A stretch of DNA of 29,111 bases from Candidatus Nanohaloarchaea archaeon (GCA_042217695.1 JBDGSE010000029.1:1-29111); one strand, 5' to 3'; positions 16,908 to 26,911 are shown, counted from the stretch's first letter. Numbers and translations are program-made. The notes: generated by a model from the sequence alone, not told the origin.

Positions 16908-18118
16908 TATCTCCTGCGCCTCCACCAGTATACTGCGCCGCCTGCCAGTACGAGAAGCACAACTCCTGCTATCCAGGTGTTACCCCTTTTCTGCATGTTG
17001 TACTTCCGCACCTCTTCGGCAGTGTAGACGTCAAGTGAGACGTTCTGGGTGTTCACCACTTTCTGACCGGTTCCGTCCCGGTAATGCAGTGTGACAGGAA
17101 GTTCAAAGTTCTCCCTTCCGGAGACATAAAGTTCTACCTCAGCGGTCTGGTAGTCGTCAGGCCCCATGTTTCCGAGGTAGATATCGTTTGTGGAGAGGAC
17201 CTCGTAGTTCTCTCCGTCCGGGACAGTGACGCTCACGAACTTGGCCTGTCCCTCGCCGGCGTTGACTATGCGCAGCGTAACTTTTCCCGTGGTGTCGGGC
17301 ATGAGCCGGGCCCGTTCGTTCACGCCTACCTGGAGGTTGGTCTCTCCACCAACTACCACTCCCGTGACCAGCGAGCTGGTGAATGATGTGCCGGCCTCGT
17401 TTTCATAGCTGAGAGTTATGGGCAGCTTGTAGACGCCGTTCGATGCGTCGGAGTCCACCTGCAGCCGGTAACTCACCTTTTCTGTAGCCCCTGACTCTAT
17501 GCTCTGGACGTGTTTCGATGAGGTCCCCGCGACAGCGAAGGGAAGCGTCTTCGCCGAGAGATCCAGCGAGACCTCGATGTTCTTTAACTGGGAATCCGCC
17601 AGGTTCTTCAGGGTGAGGTTCATGGTCTGCGTGGCTCCGGGCGCCACATTTCCTGGGAAACCTACTTTCGTTACTGCCAGGACGGCGTCATCCGTCCTTA
17701 TCTCGACAGGTATCTTTTCCCTGGCCCAGGATTCGCAGCAGCTGGGTGCGTCTCCCTCCGAGACCACGAAATCCAGGTAACTCGTACCTGAAACCGCGTT
17801 CTTATCGACCCTTACCTGCATGTGGAGGGTGTACTCCTGCGAAGGCTCTACTTCTCTCAGGACCCAGCGAACCTGTTCGCCGGGATCCGTGCTGAATGGG
17901 AACTCTGGCCGGAACTTTACTGTAACGTTCTCTGCGGTACTGTCCCCGGTGTTCACCACCTTGAACCATATGTCCGCGTATTCAGAGGTCTGTAACGGTA
18001 CGGGTTCCGTCTTGATCTTCTGTATCTCTATGTTTGAGCCGTTGATGTCGTAGGTCTGTGCCTGTGCAAATACAGGCAGCATGACAAGTGTCGCGAGTAG
18101 CAGTGCTTGTTTTTTCAT
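16907..18118 (-). CDS. COG1361-type S-layer-like (Ig/CARDB repeat) surface protein
   Basis: Signal peptide, repeated beta-rich V.N.G domains, C-terminal TM plus RRRR. Sits between ABC ATPase and permease genes, as is common in archaea. Confidence 0.8.
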   Translation of the reverse strand: MKKQALLLATLVMLPVFAQAQTYDINGSNIEIQKIKTEPVPLQTSEYADIWFKVVNTGDSTAENVTVKFRPEFPFSTDPGEQVRWVLREVEPSQEYTLHMQVRVDKNAVSGTSYLDFVVSEGDAPSCCESWAREKIPVEIRTDDAVLAVTKVGFPGNVAPGATQTMNLTLKNLADSQLKNIEVSLDLSAKTLPFAVAGTSSKHVQSIESGATEKVSYRLQVDSDASNGVYKLPITLSYENEAGTSFTSSLVTGVVVGGETNLQVGVNERARLMPDTTGKVTLRIVNAGEGQAKFVSVTVPDGENYEVLSTNDIYLGNMGPDDYQTAEVELYVSGRENFELPVTLHYRDGTGQKVVNTQNVSLDVYTAEEVRKYNMQKRGNTWIAGVVLLVLAGGAVYWWRRRR

Positions 18119-18136
18119 AGTACCGTGTCTCGAGTA

Positions 18137-18811
18137 TCATTTGGTGGTGTCGGTGACTCCGTCCTTGATGTTGACTATCCTGTCGGCGTACTCTGCGTCG
18201 TGCGGGTCGTGAGTCACCATCACGATGGTCTTGCCCTCTTCCTTCAGTTCGGTCAGGAGGTTCATTATCCTGTCGCCTGTCTCGGTGTCAAGGTTCCCGG
18301 TGGGTTCGTCCGCCAGGACTATGTCCGGGTCGTTGGCCAGCGAACGTGCAAGGGAGACACGCTGTCTCTGCCCGCCAGAAAGCTGTGAGGGCCGGTGTTC
18401 AAGTCTTTCGCCGAGGCCGACCCTTTCCAGCAGTTCTTTGGCCCGGTTGTATCTCTCCTCGCGGGACTTGCCGCGGAACAGCATCGGTAGCGAAACGTTC
18501 TCCCAGGCGTTCATAGTCTCTATCAGGTTGAAAGCCTGGAACACGAAACCGACCTTTTCGCCTCTCAGCATCGCAAGTTCGTCTTCGTCAAGCCGGGAGA
18601 TGTCCTGCCCCTCCACCTCTACCTTTCCCTCTGTCGGGGTGTCAAGGGCGCCTATCATGTTCATGAGGGTGGACTTTCCGGAACCCGAGGGACCCATTAT
18701 GGCTATGAACTCTCCCGGCTCGATATCCAGGTCAGAACCTCTCAGTGCACGGACAGTGTTCTCCCCAAGCTGGTAGTGCTTTTCCACATCTTCGAGCTCT
18801 ATCAAACCCAT
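18137..18811 (-). CDS. ABC transporter ATP-binding protein (LolD/MacB type)
   Basis: GPSGSGKST, LSGGQRQRV, LADEPTGNLD, VTHD. Confidence 0.96.
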   Translation of the reverse strand: MGLIELEDVEKHYQLGENTVRALRGSDLDIEPGEFIAIMGPSGSGKSTLMNMIGALDTPTEGKVEVEGQDISRLDEDELAMLRGEKVGFVFQAFNLIETMNAWENVSLPMLFRGKSREERYNRAKELLERVGLGERLEHRPSQLSGGQRQRVSLARSLANDPDIVLADEPTGNLDTETGDRIMNLLTELKEEGKTIVMVTHDPHDAEYADRIVNIKDGVTDTTK

Positions 18812-18894
18812 TTTTTCAACTCCTGGACTTTATTCACTTTATACCGAATGTTTTGAAACTAACGTCTTAAATGTTTCCACAGTATATCATACTC

Positions 18895-19404
18895 ATGGGA
18901 GCTGAAAAAGCCCGGGAGGAAGTAATCGAGGCGTTCGAGCGCACGGCCGGGGTTTACGGCTGGAGCAGGAGTAACGGCCGTCTTTACGGCATACTGTTTT
19001 TCTCCGACGAACCCATGAGCCTGGACGAACTCGCCGAGGAAAGCGGCTACGCCAGGTCCACCGTCAGCAACGCGATGAATAAGATGGAGAACCTGCACGC
19101 GGTCAAACGGCGTTCCGGCGACGGGAGAACAGTCCTGTTCGAGGCGGAGAACGACCTGGAACAGGTGATGCAGGAGTTCGTCCGGAACAAGGTCAGGAAG
19201 GAGATAGACATAATGCTGAGGGCGCTGGAGAACGCCGAGGAAGAACTGGAAGGAGCCGGGGAAGAAGATGACCTGGAAAAGATCCGGGAGCTTGAAGATA
19301 TATACCGGAAAAGCGATAAACTGGTGGACGCGTTCCTCCGGATGAAATCCTCAAAACTTGCAGGAGCGCTGGACGACATCGTAAACGTGTTCCGCAACCG
19401 CTAG
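18895..19404 (+). CDS. GbsR/MarR family transcriptional regulator
   Basis: YGWSRSNGRLYGILFFSDEPMSLDELAEESGYARSTVS. Divergent from the ABC operon; ATG at 18895. Confidence 0.88.
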   Translation: MGAEKAREEVIEAFERTAGVYGWSRSNGRLYGILFFSDEPMSLDELAEESGYARSTVSNAMNKMENLHAVKRRSGDGRTVLFEAENDLEQVMQEFVRNKVRKEIDIMLRALENAEEELEGAGEEDDLEKIRELEDIYRKSDKLVDAFLRMKSSKLAGALDDIVNVFRNR

Positions 19405-20468
19405 AACAGCATCTTCTTGAGCTGGGAGAGGCTGAAAACCGTCGATGGGCGGTCCATGTGGACTCCGATTTCGCCCTCGAAAAGTTTCATGCCCAGTTTC
19501 TGTAGCGGCGACGGCATCGAGTACATCTTTTCTATGAAACCTCCAAGAGCGATCTCCCTGCCGAGCTCGGAACGCCACTTCTCCTCGTAGTTTTCAAGCG
19601 TTTCCGGGTCATCCAGCTCGATAGCCTCAACAGCGGCCTGGGCGGAACGCATCCCGTAGAGTATCCCGCCGCCGGTAAACGGTTTTGTCTGGCCTGCCGC
19701 ATCGCCCACAAGGAAGACGCGTTCAGAGGTCACGCTTTCTGGAGGACCTACCGGTATCGCGCCGGCGCATATATTTTGCTTTTCCTCCTTCTCGATGTAG
19801 CCCTCGGTGATGGAGTCAAGCCATTCCACCGGGTTCTCTCCACGGGGCACCGCGGCACCGTACTCCACAGAGTCTCCCCGGGGTATACGCCAGCCGAAGA
19901 ACTCAGGAACCTCAAGGAACACATCCACGAAATCGGAGGAATCCTCTTCATCCGAGAAGCAGAGTATGCCCTGGTAGAAGTGGTCGGGACCCTCCATGCC
20001 CAGTGAGTCGCGCACCGTGGAACTGGCGCCGTCACAGCCCGCGACCATCCGTGCCTCATACACGTCCGAGTCCGTTGAAACCTCTACCCGGTCATCCCTC
20101 TCGGTCACAGATTCGACGTGCTCGTCCATGTGGTAATCCACGCCGGCCTCCATCGCCTGTTCTGCCTTGACCCTGTCCAGTTCCACGCGGTCGATCACAT
20201 GAGAGACTGTTTCCTGCGAAAAAAACCGGTAACGCGAGTCATCGCGGGCATGGAACTCCGCGCCCCTGACATCGTTCTGCAGCAGTCTTTCCCTCGAACC
20301 CGGGGGCACAAAGTCCCATATATCCGGTGAGACATGGCCTGAACACGCGAGAGGCCTCCCTATCTCGTCGGACTGCTCGATCACAAGAACGTCTTTTCCC
20401 TTCCCCGCAAAACCTTTCGCCAGGTGGGAGCCTGCAGGGCCTGCGCCGACAATTATCAGGTCTCGCAT
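19401..20468 (-). CDS. Geranylgeranyl reductase family FAD oxidoreductase
   Basis: VGAGPAGS, IDRVELD, GCDGASS, FGWRIP, VGDAAGQTKPFTGGGI. Confidence 0.88.
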   Translation of the reverse strand: MRDLIIVGAGPAGSHLAKGFAGKGKDVLVIEQSDEIGRPLACSGHVSPDIWDFVPPGSRERLLQNDVRGAEFHARDDSRYRFFSQETVSHVIDRVELDRVKAEQAMEAGVDYHMDEHVESVTERDDRVEVSTDSDVYEARMVAGCDGASSTVRDSLGMEGPDHFYQGILCFSDEEDSSDFVDVFLEVPEFFGWRIPRGDSVEYGAAVPRGENPVEWLDSITEGYIEKEEKQNICAGAIPVGPPESVTSERVFLVGDAAGQTKPFTGGGILYGMRSAQAAVEAIELDDPETLENYEEKWRSELGREIALGGFIEKMYSMPSPLQKLGMKLFEGEIGVHMDRPSTVFSLSQLKKMLF

Positions 20469-20472
20469 CGGT

Positions 20473-20778
20473 CTAGTACCAGTCCGGTTCCGAGATTTTT
20501 ATGTCTCCGTGGACCTCTGCCTGGCAGGAGAGCCGGTAAGGTCCTTCAAGCACCTCCTCTCCCTGGAACCTTCTCAAAGTGTTCTTCTCGTCCTCCTGCA
20601 TCTCGGAGAGGTTTTCCATGCCCTCCTCCACCTTTATCCTGCAGGTGGTGCAGTTGCAGAAACCTCCGCAGGCATGCATCCATTCAACACCGCCCTCTAA
20701 AAGAGCGTTCAAGACGTCCTGGCCGTCTTCCGCCTCGACTTCTTCATCTCTGTCCGTGAACTCTATTTTATGTGTCAT
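20473..20778 (-). CDS. 2Fe-2S ferredoxin (adrenodoxin type)
   Basis: HACGGFCNCTTC...RLSCQ. Confidence 0.92.
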   Translation of the reverse strand: MTHKIEFTDRDEEVEAEDGQDVLNALLEGGVEWMHACGGFCNCTTCRIKVEEGMENLSEMQEDEKNTLRRFQGEEVLEGPYRLSCQAEVHGDIKISEPDWY

Positions 20779-20878
20779 GTTTTAGAGTAGTTTCTTTAAC
20801 TATCATATACTTTGGCCGAGGAGGAACTCTCCGAAATTTTGTAGAGGGTTTAAAATCAGAGGGAGATGTTTATCTGTT

Positions 20879-22219
20879 ATGAGTGGGAAGATAGGTCTTC
20901 CGGAGTCGGTTTCTATGGCTATCGGAGGCATGGTTGGTGGAGGCATCTTCGCTGTTCTAGGGGTTGTAGCAAAAGCAGCTAGCTATTCCTCATGGATTGC
21001 CTTCACACTGGCAGGTATCATCGCTATGTGCGCAGGCTACTCATTTATACGGTTAAACGAGATTACTGACGGTCGACACAGTCCTATAACATTTATCCAG
21101 ACATTTACCGGTAGCAAAAAACTTGGAGGCATGGCAGGATGGACTTTTATCTTTGGATACGTTGGTACTATGGCGATGTACGCTTTTGCGTTTGGAGGAT
21201 ACTTTGAGGAGCTTATAGGAGTACATACATTCCACGGAATGGCGTTGAGACCTGTTATATCCTTATCAGTCATAGTGTTATTTGTAGGCCTTAATATTCT
21301 AGGAGCTCATGCTTCAGGCCGGACAGAAGATTTTCTAGTTGGTGCAAAAATATTAATTTTACTTATTTTCGGCTTTGGAGGCCTCTACTATGGATTAAGA
21401 AACGGCATGCTGCATTCAGGGCTTTCCACTCTTAGTGTGGGGCCTTTGATTGCAGCTGCAATTTCCTTTGTGGCATTTGAGGGATGGGAGTTACTGATGT
21501 TTGATCAAGATTCTATAAAGAATCCGAAGGAAACTATAAAGAAAGCTATATTCGCTTCAATTGCTGTTGCTACATTTATCTATGTTATTGTAGCTATTGT
21601 TACAACTAACCTTGTTAGTTCATCTGTTATCGCAGAGCATGCAGAGACTGCATTGGCTGTAGCTGCCAGGCCATTCCTCGGCCAGCTAGGTTTCATTTTG
21701 ATCGCAGTAGCAGCTATTTTCTCTACGGGCAGTGCGATAAATGCAACTCTTTTCAGCTCTGCCAGACTCTCCCGGAAAATGGTTTCGAAAAACCTCCTTC
21801 CCAGCAAGCTTAGGGGTGATGGAGATGAACCAGTAAAGGCTTTGCTGGTGCTTGGTGCTCTTACAGGAGGCCTCACCGTATTGGGAAGTCTTAATGCGAT
21901 TACTTCTTTTGCATCATTGGCATTCATAACTATATTCGGCGGAATCAGTATACTGGCTTTCAGGGAAAGAGATAACACAGTAAATGCTGTCGTTCCTGCT
22001 GTTGGCGCGTTAGGTTCGGCAGCAACAGTTGTGGCTTTGCTCTGGCATCTCTGGTCAACAGAGTTCCATGTGTTTATCTCCGTGATAGGGCTTGCCCTGG
22101 GGGTTACTACTGTAGAAATTTTTTACTTCGAGAGGGAGGAGATCGAGGAAGTCGAGGAAGAGGTTGAGGAAGAAATCGAGGAAGTAGAGGAGGAAATCGA
22201 GGAAGACCTGGAGGAGTGA
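20879..22219 (+). CDS. APC family amino-acid permease with Glu-rich tail
   Basis: GGMVGGGIF, AFEGWE, about 12 TM segments. Confidence 0.92.
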   Translation: MSGKIGLPESVSMAIGGMVGGGIFAVLGVVAKAASYSSWIAFTLAGIIAMCAGYSFIRLNEITDGRHSPITFIQTFTGSKKLGGMAGWTFIFGYVGTMAMYAFAFGGYFEELIGVHTFHGMALRPVISLSVIVLFVGLNILGAHASGRTEDFLVGAKILILLIFGFGGLYYGLRNGMLHSGLSTLSVGPLIAAAISFVAFEGWELLMFDQDSIKNPKETIKKAIFASIAVATFIYVIVAIVTTNLVSSSVIAEHAETALAVAARPFLGQLGFILIAVAAIFSTGSAINATLFSSARLSRKMVSKNLLPSKLRGDGDEPVKALLVLGALTGGLTVLGSLNAITSFASLAFITIFGGISILAFRERDNTVNAVVPAVGALGSAATVVALLWHLWSTEFHVFISVIGLALGVTTVEIFYFEREEIEEVEEEVEEEIEEVEEEIEEDLEE

Positions 22220-23452
22220 TCATATGCCGATGATGGACAGAACCAGTGTGCCCAGCAACACTATCCACACGAGTAGCGACCAGTAATTTATCGCCCCTCT
22301 GATCGACGGCGCAAACCTCTCAGCCAGGGTGTCGAGTATCTGGCCGCCGTCAAGTGGTTTCACGGGCAACATGTTGAAGAACCCGACCACGAAGTTCAGC
22401 AACGCTATCATCTCCAGACCGGAGATAAACCACCCCAGGAAACCGCTGTACTCGCTGAAGGCAGGCTTTATCACGTGACTGTTCGTCACCATCGAGACCA
22501 GGGCGGCCCTGATCCCGGACTCGCGGAACATCAGTATGCCTATGTAACCGGATTCGCTGCCGTTGACGGAGATCGTCTCCACCGTGAAATTACCCTCGGA
22601 GGTCCAGAGCCTTACTTTCTCCCCCACTGACAGGTTGTTGCCTATGGCAGAGACCTCGCTGGCGTAACGCACCCTCTCGCCGTCAACCGCGTACAGCGTG
22701 CCGTTATCCATACCCGCCTTCGCAGCAGGCATACCCTGCTCCGCGATGTAGGTGACGCCTGCCGACTGCGATACCGTTGTAAAGACGAAAAGTGCCGCCA
22801 GGACAAATAACAGCGCCGTCAGGTAGTTCGCAAAGCTTCCTGCCGCGAGGACCTTCATACGAGAGGTCCAGCTCCCCTGGTCCCAGAGACCGCCCGTGAT
22901 CTCAGAGTCCCTGGCCTCATCCGATTCCCCGCCGGGAAGCATGTTCTCACCCTTTGGTTCAACGAAGGCGCCAGGGATTATACCGAATATGACCCATCCA
23001 ACAGAGTTTATCTCGAAGTCCTGGGCCCGCGCAACAATCCCGTGAGAGAACTCGTGGACGACCATCAGTACCCCGATACTCGCCACCCAGTACTCCACCG
23101 GGATGAAGGAGATGCCGGACTGGAAAGTGGCACTGGAACCAAGGCCAGGGGCTATAAGGGCAGGACCGCCCTCCGTCGAACGGGTGGCAGCCATCCTGAA
23201 AATCGATCGACCCAGCTGGTAAGCCACCAGCGGGATGCTCAGCAGACCGAGGACCACGGCAGCCCAGCCGTAGAAATTCCAGAACCGTGGAAAACGTTTC
23301 GCGACCCGGTCGATGAAGTCCACGCCGTGCTGGGTCCTCCTGTAGAACAGTATGGACTGTCGCTGAACCTTGTCCCGGTCACGCCAGAGCACGTAACCAA
23401 CGCCGGCTATCATCGCCAGCAGGAAAACAAGTCGAGGATTTATCTGCACCAT
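22220..23452 (-). CDS. Site-2 protease (peptidase M50) with PDZ-like domain
   Basis: HEFSH, GAFVEP, AAGSFAN, NMLPVKPLDGG. Confidence 0.93.
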   Translation of the reverse strand: MVQINPRLVFLLAMIAGVGYVLWRDRDKVQRQSILFYRRTQHGVDFIDRVAKRFPRFWNFYGWAAVVLGLLSIPLVAYQLGRSIFRMAATRSTEGGPALIAPGLGSSATFQSGISFIPVEYWVASIGVLMVVHEFSHGIVARAQDFEINSVGWVIFGIIPGAFVEPKGENMLPGGESDEARDSEITGGLWDQGSWTSRMKVLAAGSFANYLTALLFVLAALFVFTTVSQSAGVTYIAEQGMPAAKAGMDNGTLYAVDGERVRYASEVSAIGNNLSVGEKVRLWTSEGNFTVETISVNGSESGYIGILMFRESGIRAALVSMVTNSHVIKPAFSEYSGFLGWFISGLEMIALLNFVVGFFNMLPVKPLDGGQILDTLAERFAPSIRGAINYWSLLVWIVLLGTLVLSIIGI

Positions 23453-23527
23453 GTCACTTAACCCGGAAACAGATTATATAAAGGCTGTTCTGAGGAATAT
23501 AAAAAATCTCGAGGAGTAAAACCCGGT

Positions 23528-23605
23528 ATGGAACAACCTCTTTCCGGGCTCGAAGATCTCAGGGAAAACGTCTTCTGCGAACAGGATAACGGTGGGATAA
23601 CATGA
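23528..23605 (+). CDS. Possible 25-aa leader ORF coupled to lysS
   Basis: ATG about 22 nt after a TATAAAAAA box; its TGA overlaps the lysS ATG (ATGA). Confidence 0.3.
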   Translation: MEQPLSGLEDLRENVFCEQDNGGIT

Positions 23606-25203
23606 GCGAGCAACCGCTCTTCTGGAGCGACCAGCTGGCGTTCGGCATAACCAGGAAGTTCCAGGATCAGGACGAGTACGTATGCGCCTCGGGTATCTCG
23701 CCCTCAGGTATGGTGCACGCGGGAAACTTCAGAGAGATAATAACCACGGACTTCGTGGTGAAATCGCTGCAACACCGGGGAGAAAACGCTAGGTTCATAT
23801 ACTCCTGGGACGACTACGACCGTTTCCGTAAAGTACCGGCGAACGTTCCAGACGAGTGGGAGCAGTACATAGGGCTTCCGCTGTCAAAGGTCCCGGACCC
23901 GGAGGGCTGCCACGACTCCTATGCGGAACACTTCGAATCCAGGCTGGAGGAAGAGCTTGAAGACCTGCACATGGACATCGAGTTCATCCGACAGACAGAG
24001 ATGTTTGAACGCTCGGAGTACGCCGACCTGATAAAGAAGGCGATGAACAACCGGGAGAAAGTCAAGGAGGTACTCGATAAATACCGGAAAGAACCGCTGG
24101 AAGAACCTTACTATCCTCTGAGGGTCTACTGCAAGGAGTGCGGCAAGGACTTTACGGAGGTCACGGACTACGACGGGGATTACACCGTCGAATACCACTG
24201 TGAGGAATGCGGAGAAGACTACGAGGTCAACTTCAGGGAGGAAGACACCGTAAAACCGCCGTGGAGAGTCGACTGGCCGATGCGCTGGGAGTACGAGGGC
24301 GTCGACTTCGAACCCGCGGGAAAGGAGCACTCAGCCGCTGGAGGTTCGAGGGACACGGGCAACGAGTTAGCGAGAAAGATATACGATAAAGAGCCGCCGG
24401 TCCACCAGATGTACGAGTTCGTGACGAAGGATGGCGCCAAGATATCTTCCTCTTCCGGTGAAGACGTGTTCACCATCTCCGAGCTGAAAAAGGTCTACAC
24501 TCCCGGGATGATAAGGTTCCTGTTCTCGAACACCAGGCCGAACAAGGCGTTCGAGATACCGTTCCAGACCGAGGAGATATTCCAGAGGTACGACAAGTTC
24601 GACACCATCGAGGAGGCCTACTACAACCCGGAGACGGTGGAGAACGACAGGAAAAGGAAGCACTGGGAACGCGTGTATGAACTCGCGATGGTCGAAGTCC
24701 CTGAAAAACAGCCGGTCCGGGTCCCGTTCCAGCACGCATCCTTCATAGCCCAGACCATCCCCGAGGAGGAGTGGGACACGAAAGGCATCGAATCCCTGAA
24801 GAACACGGGACATGTACCGGAGGACATAGACGAGACCGGGGTCCAGCAGGTGCTTGAACGGCTGGAAAAGGCGAAGAACTGGGCGCGGGACTACGCACCC
24901 GAGGAATACGTCTACGAGATAAACTTCGAGGTGCCCGAAGACGTGAAGGAAGGGCTTGAACCCGACGAACTCGAGGCCATGGAACTTCTTGCGGACCTTC
25001 TTGAGGGCGAAGAATTCGAGGACCAGGACGAGCTCGACGGCGCGATATTCGATGTTAAAGACGACTCCGAGCTGGACACCGGCAGGTTCTTCCAGACAGC
25101 CTACCGCGTCCTGATATCGCGTGAAGAGGGTCCCCGGCTGTCCAGGCTCGTCATGTCGATAGGCCGGGAAGACGTGGTGGATATACTCCGCCAGGTGAAC
25201 TAG
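23602..25203 (+). CDS. lysS: Lysine--tRNA ligase, class I
   Basis: GISPSGMVHAGN, DDYDRFRKVP, WRVDWPMRW, DFEPAGKEH, KISSSSG, GPRL. Confidence 0.97.
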   Translation: MSEQPLFWSDQLAFGITRKFQDQDEYVCASGISPSGMVHAGNFREIITTDFVVKSLQHRGENARFIYSWDDYDRFRKVPANVPDEWEQYIGLPLSKVPDPEGCHDSYAEHFESRLEEELEDLHMDIEFIRQTEMFERSEYADLIKKAMNNREKVKEVLDKYRKEPLEEPYYPLRVYCKECGKDFTEVTDYDGDYTVEYHCEECGEDYEVNFREEDTVKPPWRVDWPMRWEYEGVDFEPAGKEHSAAGGSRDTGNELARKIYDKEPPVHQMYEFVTKDGAKISSSSGEDVFTISELKKVYTPGMIRFLFSNTRPNKAFEIPFQTEEIFQRYDKFDTIEEAYYNPETVENDRKRKHWERVYELAMVEVPEKQPVRVPFQHASFIAQTIPEEEWDTKGIESLKNTGHVPEDIDETGVQQVLERLEKAKNWARDYAPEEYVYEINFEVPEDVKEGLEPDELEAMELLADLLEGEEFEDQDELDGAIFDVKDDSELDTGRFFQTAYRVLISREEGPRLSRLVMSIGREDVVDILRQVN

Positions 25204-25207
25204 TCCG

Positions 25208-25819
25208 TTGAGAGACGAGGTCAAAAAAGGGTACGAGGAGGGAGACTACGAGAGCGAATACCGCGAGGACCGGGAGCTCCAGAGGGGCGAGAGGGAGTTG
25301 CTTGACCGGCTTCTCTCCAGTATCCCCGACGGAGGGAGAGTGCTCGACCTCGGATCTGGACTCGGTGTACCTTTCGACCGATACATCGTGGACCAGGGAT
25401 ACCAGGTGGTTGGCGTTGATATCGCCGAAAAACACGTTGAGAAGGCGAGAGATAACGTGCCCGAGGCCCGGTTCATCACCGGAGATCTCCTTGAACAGGA
25501 CTTCGAGGAGGACAGTTTTGACGCTGTGGTCAGCTTCTACTCCATATTCCACATCCCCCGGAAGGAACACGCCGAGCTTTTCCAGGAGATCCAGGGCTGG
25601 ATGAAGGAGTCCGGGGCCCTGCTTGTGACCATGGGAAGCGAGGAGATGGATATGGTGAGAGGGGAGATAGGCGGGACAGAGATGCTCTGGAGTTCTTACT
25701 CCCGGGAGAAGAACATGGAGCTTGTCGAGGAACAGGGTTTCGAGGTAAAAGAGACATACCTTGAGGACTGGCGGGAGGAGACCCATCTCTGGCTACTGGC
25801 GGAACCGGCTTTGAAATAG
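25208..25819 (+). CDS. Class I SAM-dependent methyltransferase
   Basis: VLDLGSGLG, VGVDI, FDAVVSFYSIFH. TTG start. Confidence 0.9.
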   Translation: MRDEVKKGYEEGDYESEYREDRELQRGERELLDRLLSSIPDGGRVLDLGSGLGVPFDRYIVDQGYQVVGVDIAEKHVEKARDNVPEARFITGDLLEQDFEEDSFDAVVSFYSIFHIPRKEHAELFQEIQGWMKESGALLVTMGSEEMDMVRGEIGGTEMLWSSYSREKNMELVEEQGFEVKETYLEDWREETHLWLLAEPALK

Positions 25820-25840
25820 TTCAACCGCCAACTTTGGTAC

Positions 25841-26464
25841 ATGAACGGAGAAAAATCCTTCCATTTTGTCGCCCTGTTATTCACCGGTTTCCTGGGACTG
25901 GTGTTCTTCTACCAGTTGATAACCGGTTTCGACCCGGCCTTCAAGGCGGGCGTGTCTCCTCTCTGGAAGTTCTTCGCATCGTTCCTGGGACACAGCGATA
26001 TGGAACACTTTCTCAACAACGCCTTCTTCATCGGGCTGTTCGGCTCCATCTATGAAAGACTGACCTCGGGAAGGATGTTTCTCGCAACTTTCCTGGTGTC
26101 GGCGGTGTTCGCCAACTTCACCGCGTTCATCTTCTTCACGGAATCGTTCATAATCGGCGCCTCTGGTGGGGCGATGGGTGTACTGGCGGCGCTCGCCCTC
26201 TACCGACCGAACCAGGTAGGCCTCGCCCTCGGTGTCCCGGCGCCGATGTGGGCCGTCCTGTCCATGTACGTGCTGATAAACCTCGCCGGGATGACGGGGA
26301 ACTCCCAGGTGGCGTACCAGGCACACCTGTTCGGCATGGTCTCCGGGGCGGCGATAGGCTACCTGTTGCGTGACGAACCGCTTATCGAGCCGGAGGAAGA
26401 AGAGGGGGAGACCCAGTGGTCGAAGAGGATTCAACGATGGGAGGAGAGATGGATGCTGGACTAG
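25841..26464 (+). CDS. Rhomboid intramembrane serine protease
   Basis: H.D.EHFLNN, IGASGG, AHLFG. Confidence 0.92.
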   Translation: MNGEKSFHFVALLFTGFLGLVFFYQLITGFDPAFKAGVSPLWKFFASFLGHSDMEHFLNNAFFIGLFGSIYERLTSGRMFLATFLVSAVFANFTAFIFFTESFIIGASGGAMGVLAALALYRPNQVGLALGVPAPMWAVLSMYVLINLAGMTGNSQVAYQAHLFGMVSGAAIGYLLRDEPLIEPEEEEGETQWSKRIQRWEERWMLD

Positions 26465-26898
26465 CTGTAGTCGTGGAGACCCAGATGTCTGACTCCTGAG
26501 CTATCTTCGCTCTCAAGTTCGTTGACCAGTTGCCGGGGATGGAACTCGACCCTTTCAAGTTCTGCGGGAGCCAGCCAGTGTAACCCGGCCAGCTCGGCGT
26601 CCTTGTCCTCGGGGTCGTGGCCTTTCTCCGGTTCTCCCGCAGTTTCCACGAAAAAGTAGAACTCGATCCCTCTGCCGTCTTCAAGTTTTAGCTCCCGGAT
26701 GTATGCCAGGCGGGAATTAACGACCTCAAGAGAAGTTTCCTCTTCCAGTTCACGTTCCAGGGCCTCCTTCATGTCCTCCCCTTCCTCCACCCCTCCACCG
26801 GGAAGCACGTGGTACTCACGGTCTTCGGACTCCATCTCTGTGGTCAGAACTTTTTCTCCATCACGTATTACCGCGGCGACCCTGATATCGACAGGCAT
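26461..26898 (-). CDS. Nudix hydrolase
   Basis: Nudix box PGGGVEEGEDMKEALERELEEETSL. Probable start ATG at 26898. Confidence 0.9.
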   Translation of the reverse strand: MPVDIRVAAVIRDGEKVLTTEMESEDREYHVLPGGGVEEGEDMKEALERELEEETSLEVVNSRLAYIRELKLEDGRGIEFYFFVETAGEPEKGHDPEDKDAELAGLHWLAPAELERVEFHPRQLVNELESEDSSGVRHLGLHDYS

Positions 26899-26911
26899 GC
26901 TACAGTATGGT

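Noticed and set aside
18812..18894. Operator palindrome for the GbsR-like regulator (ATTC-N10-GAAT)
   Set aside because: The 4-bp arms in AT-rich DNA are too weak to call.
22135..22216. Purine-rich repeats as a CRISPR array or regulatory repeat
   Set aside because: This is in-frame Glu-coding low-complexity sequence. No repeat-spacer array or cas gene was seen anywhere in the window.
24367..25224. Long antisense ORFs (also 11632-12360, 9421-9966, 18225-18776, 25151-25786, 26907-27524)
   Set aside because: They are shadow frames of well-supported genes, with Leu/Ser/Val-rich composition mirroring acidic codons.
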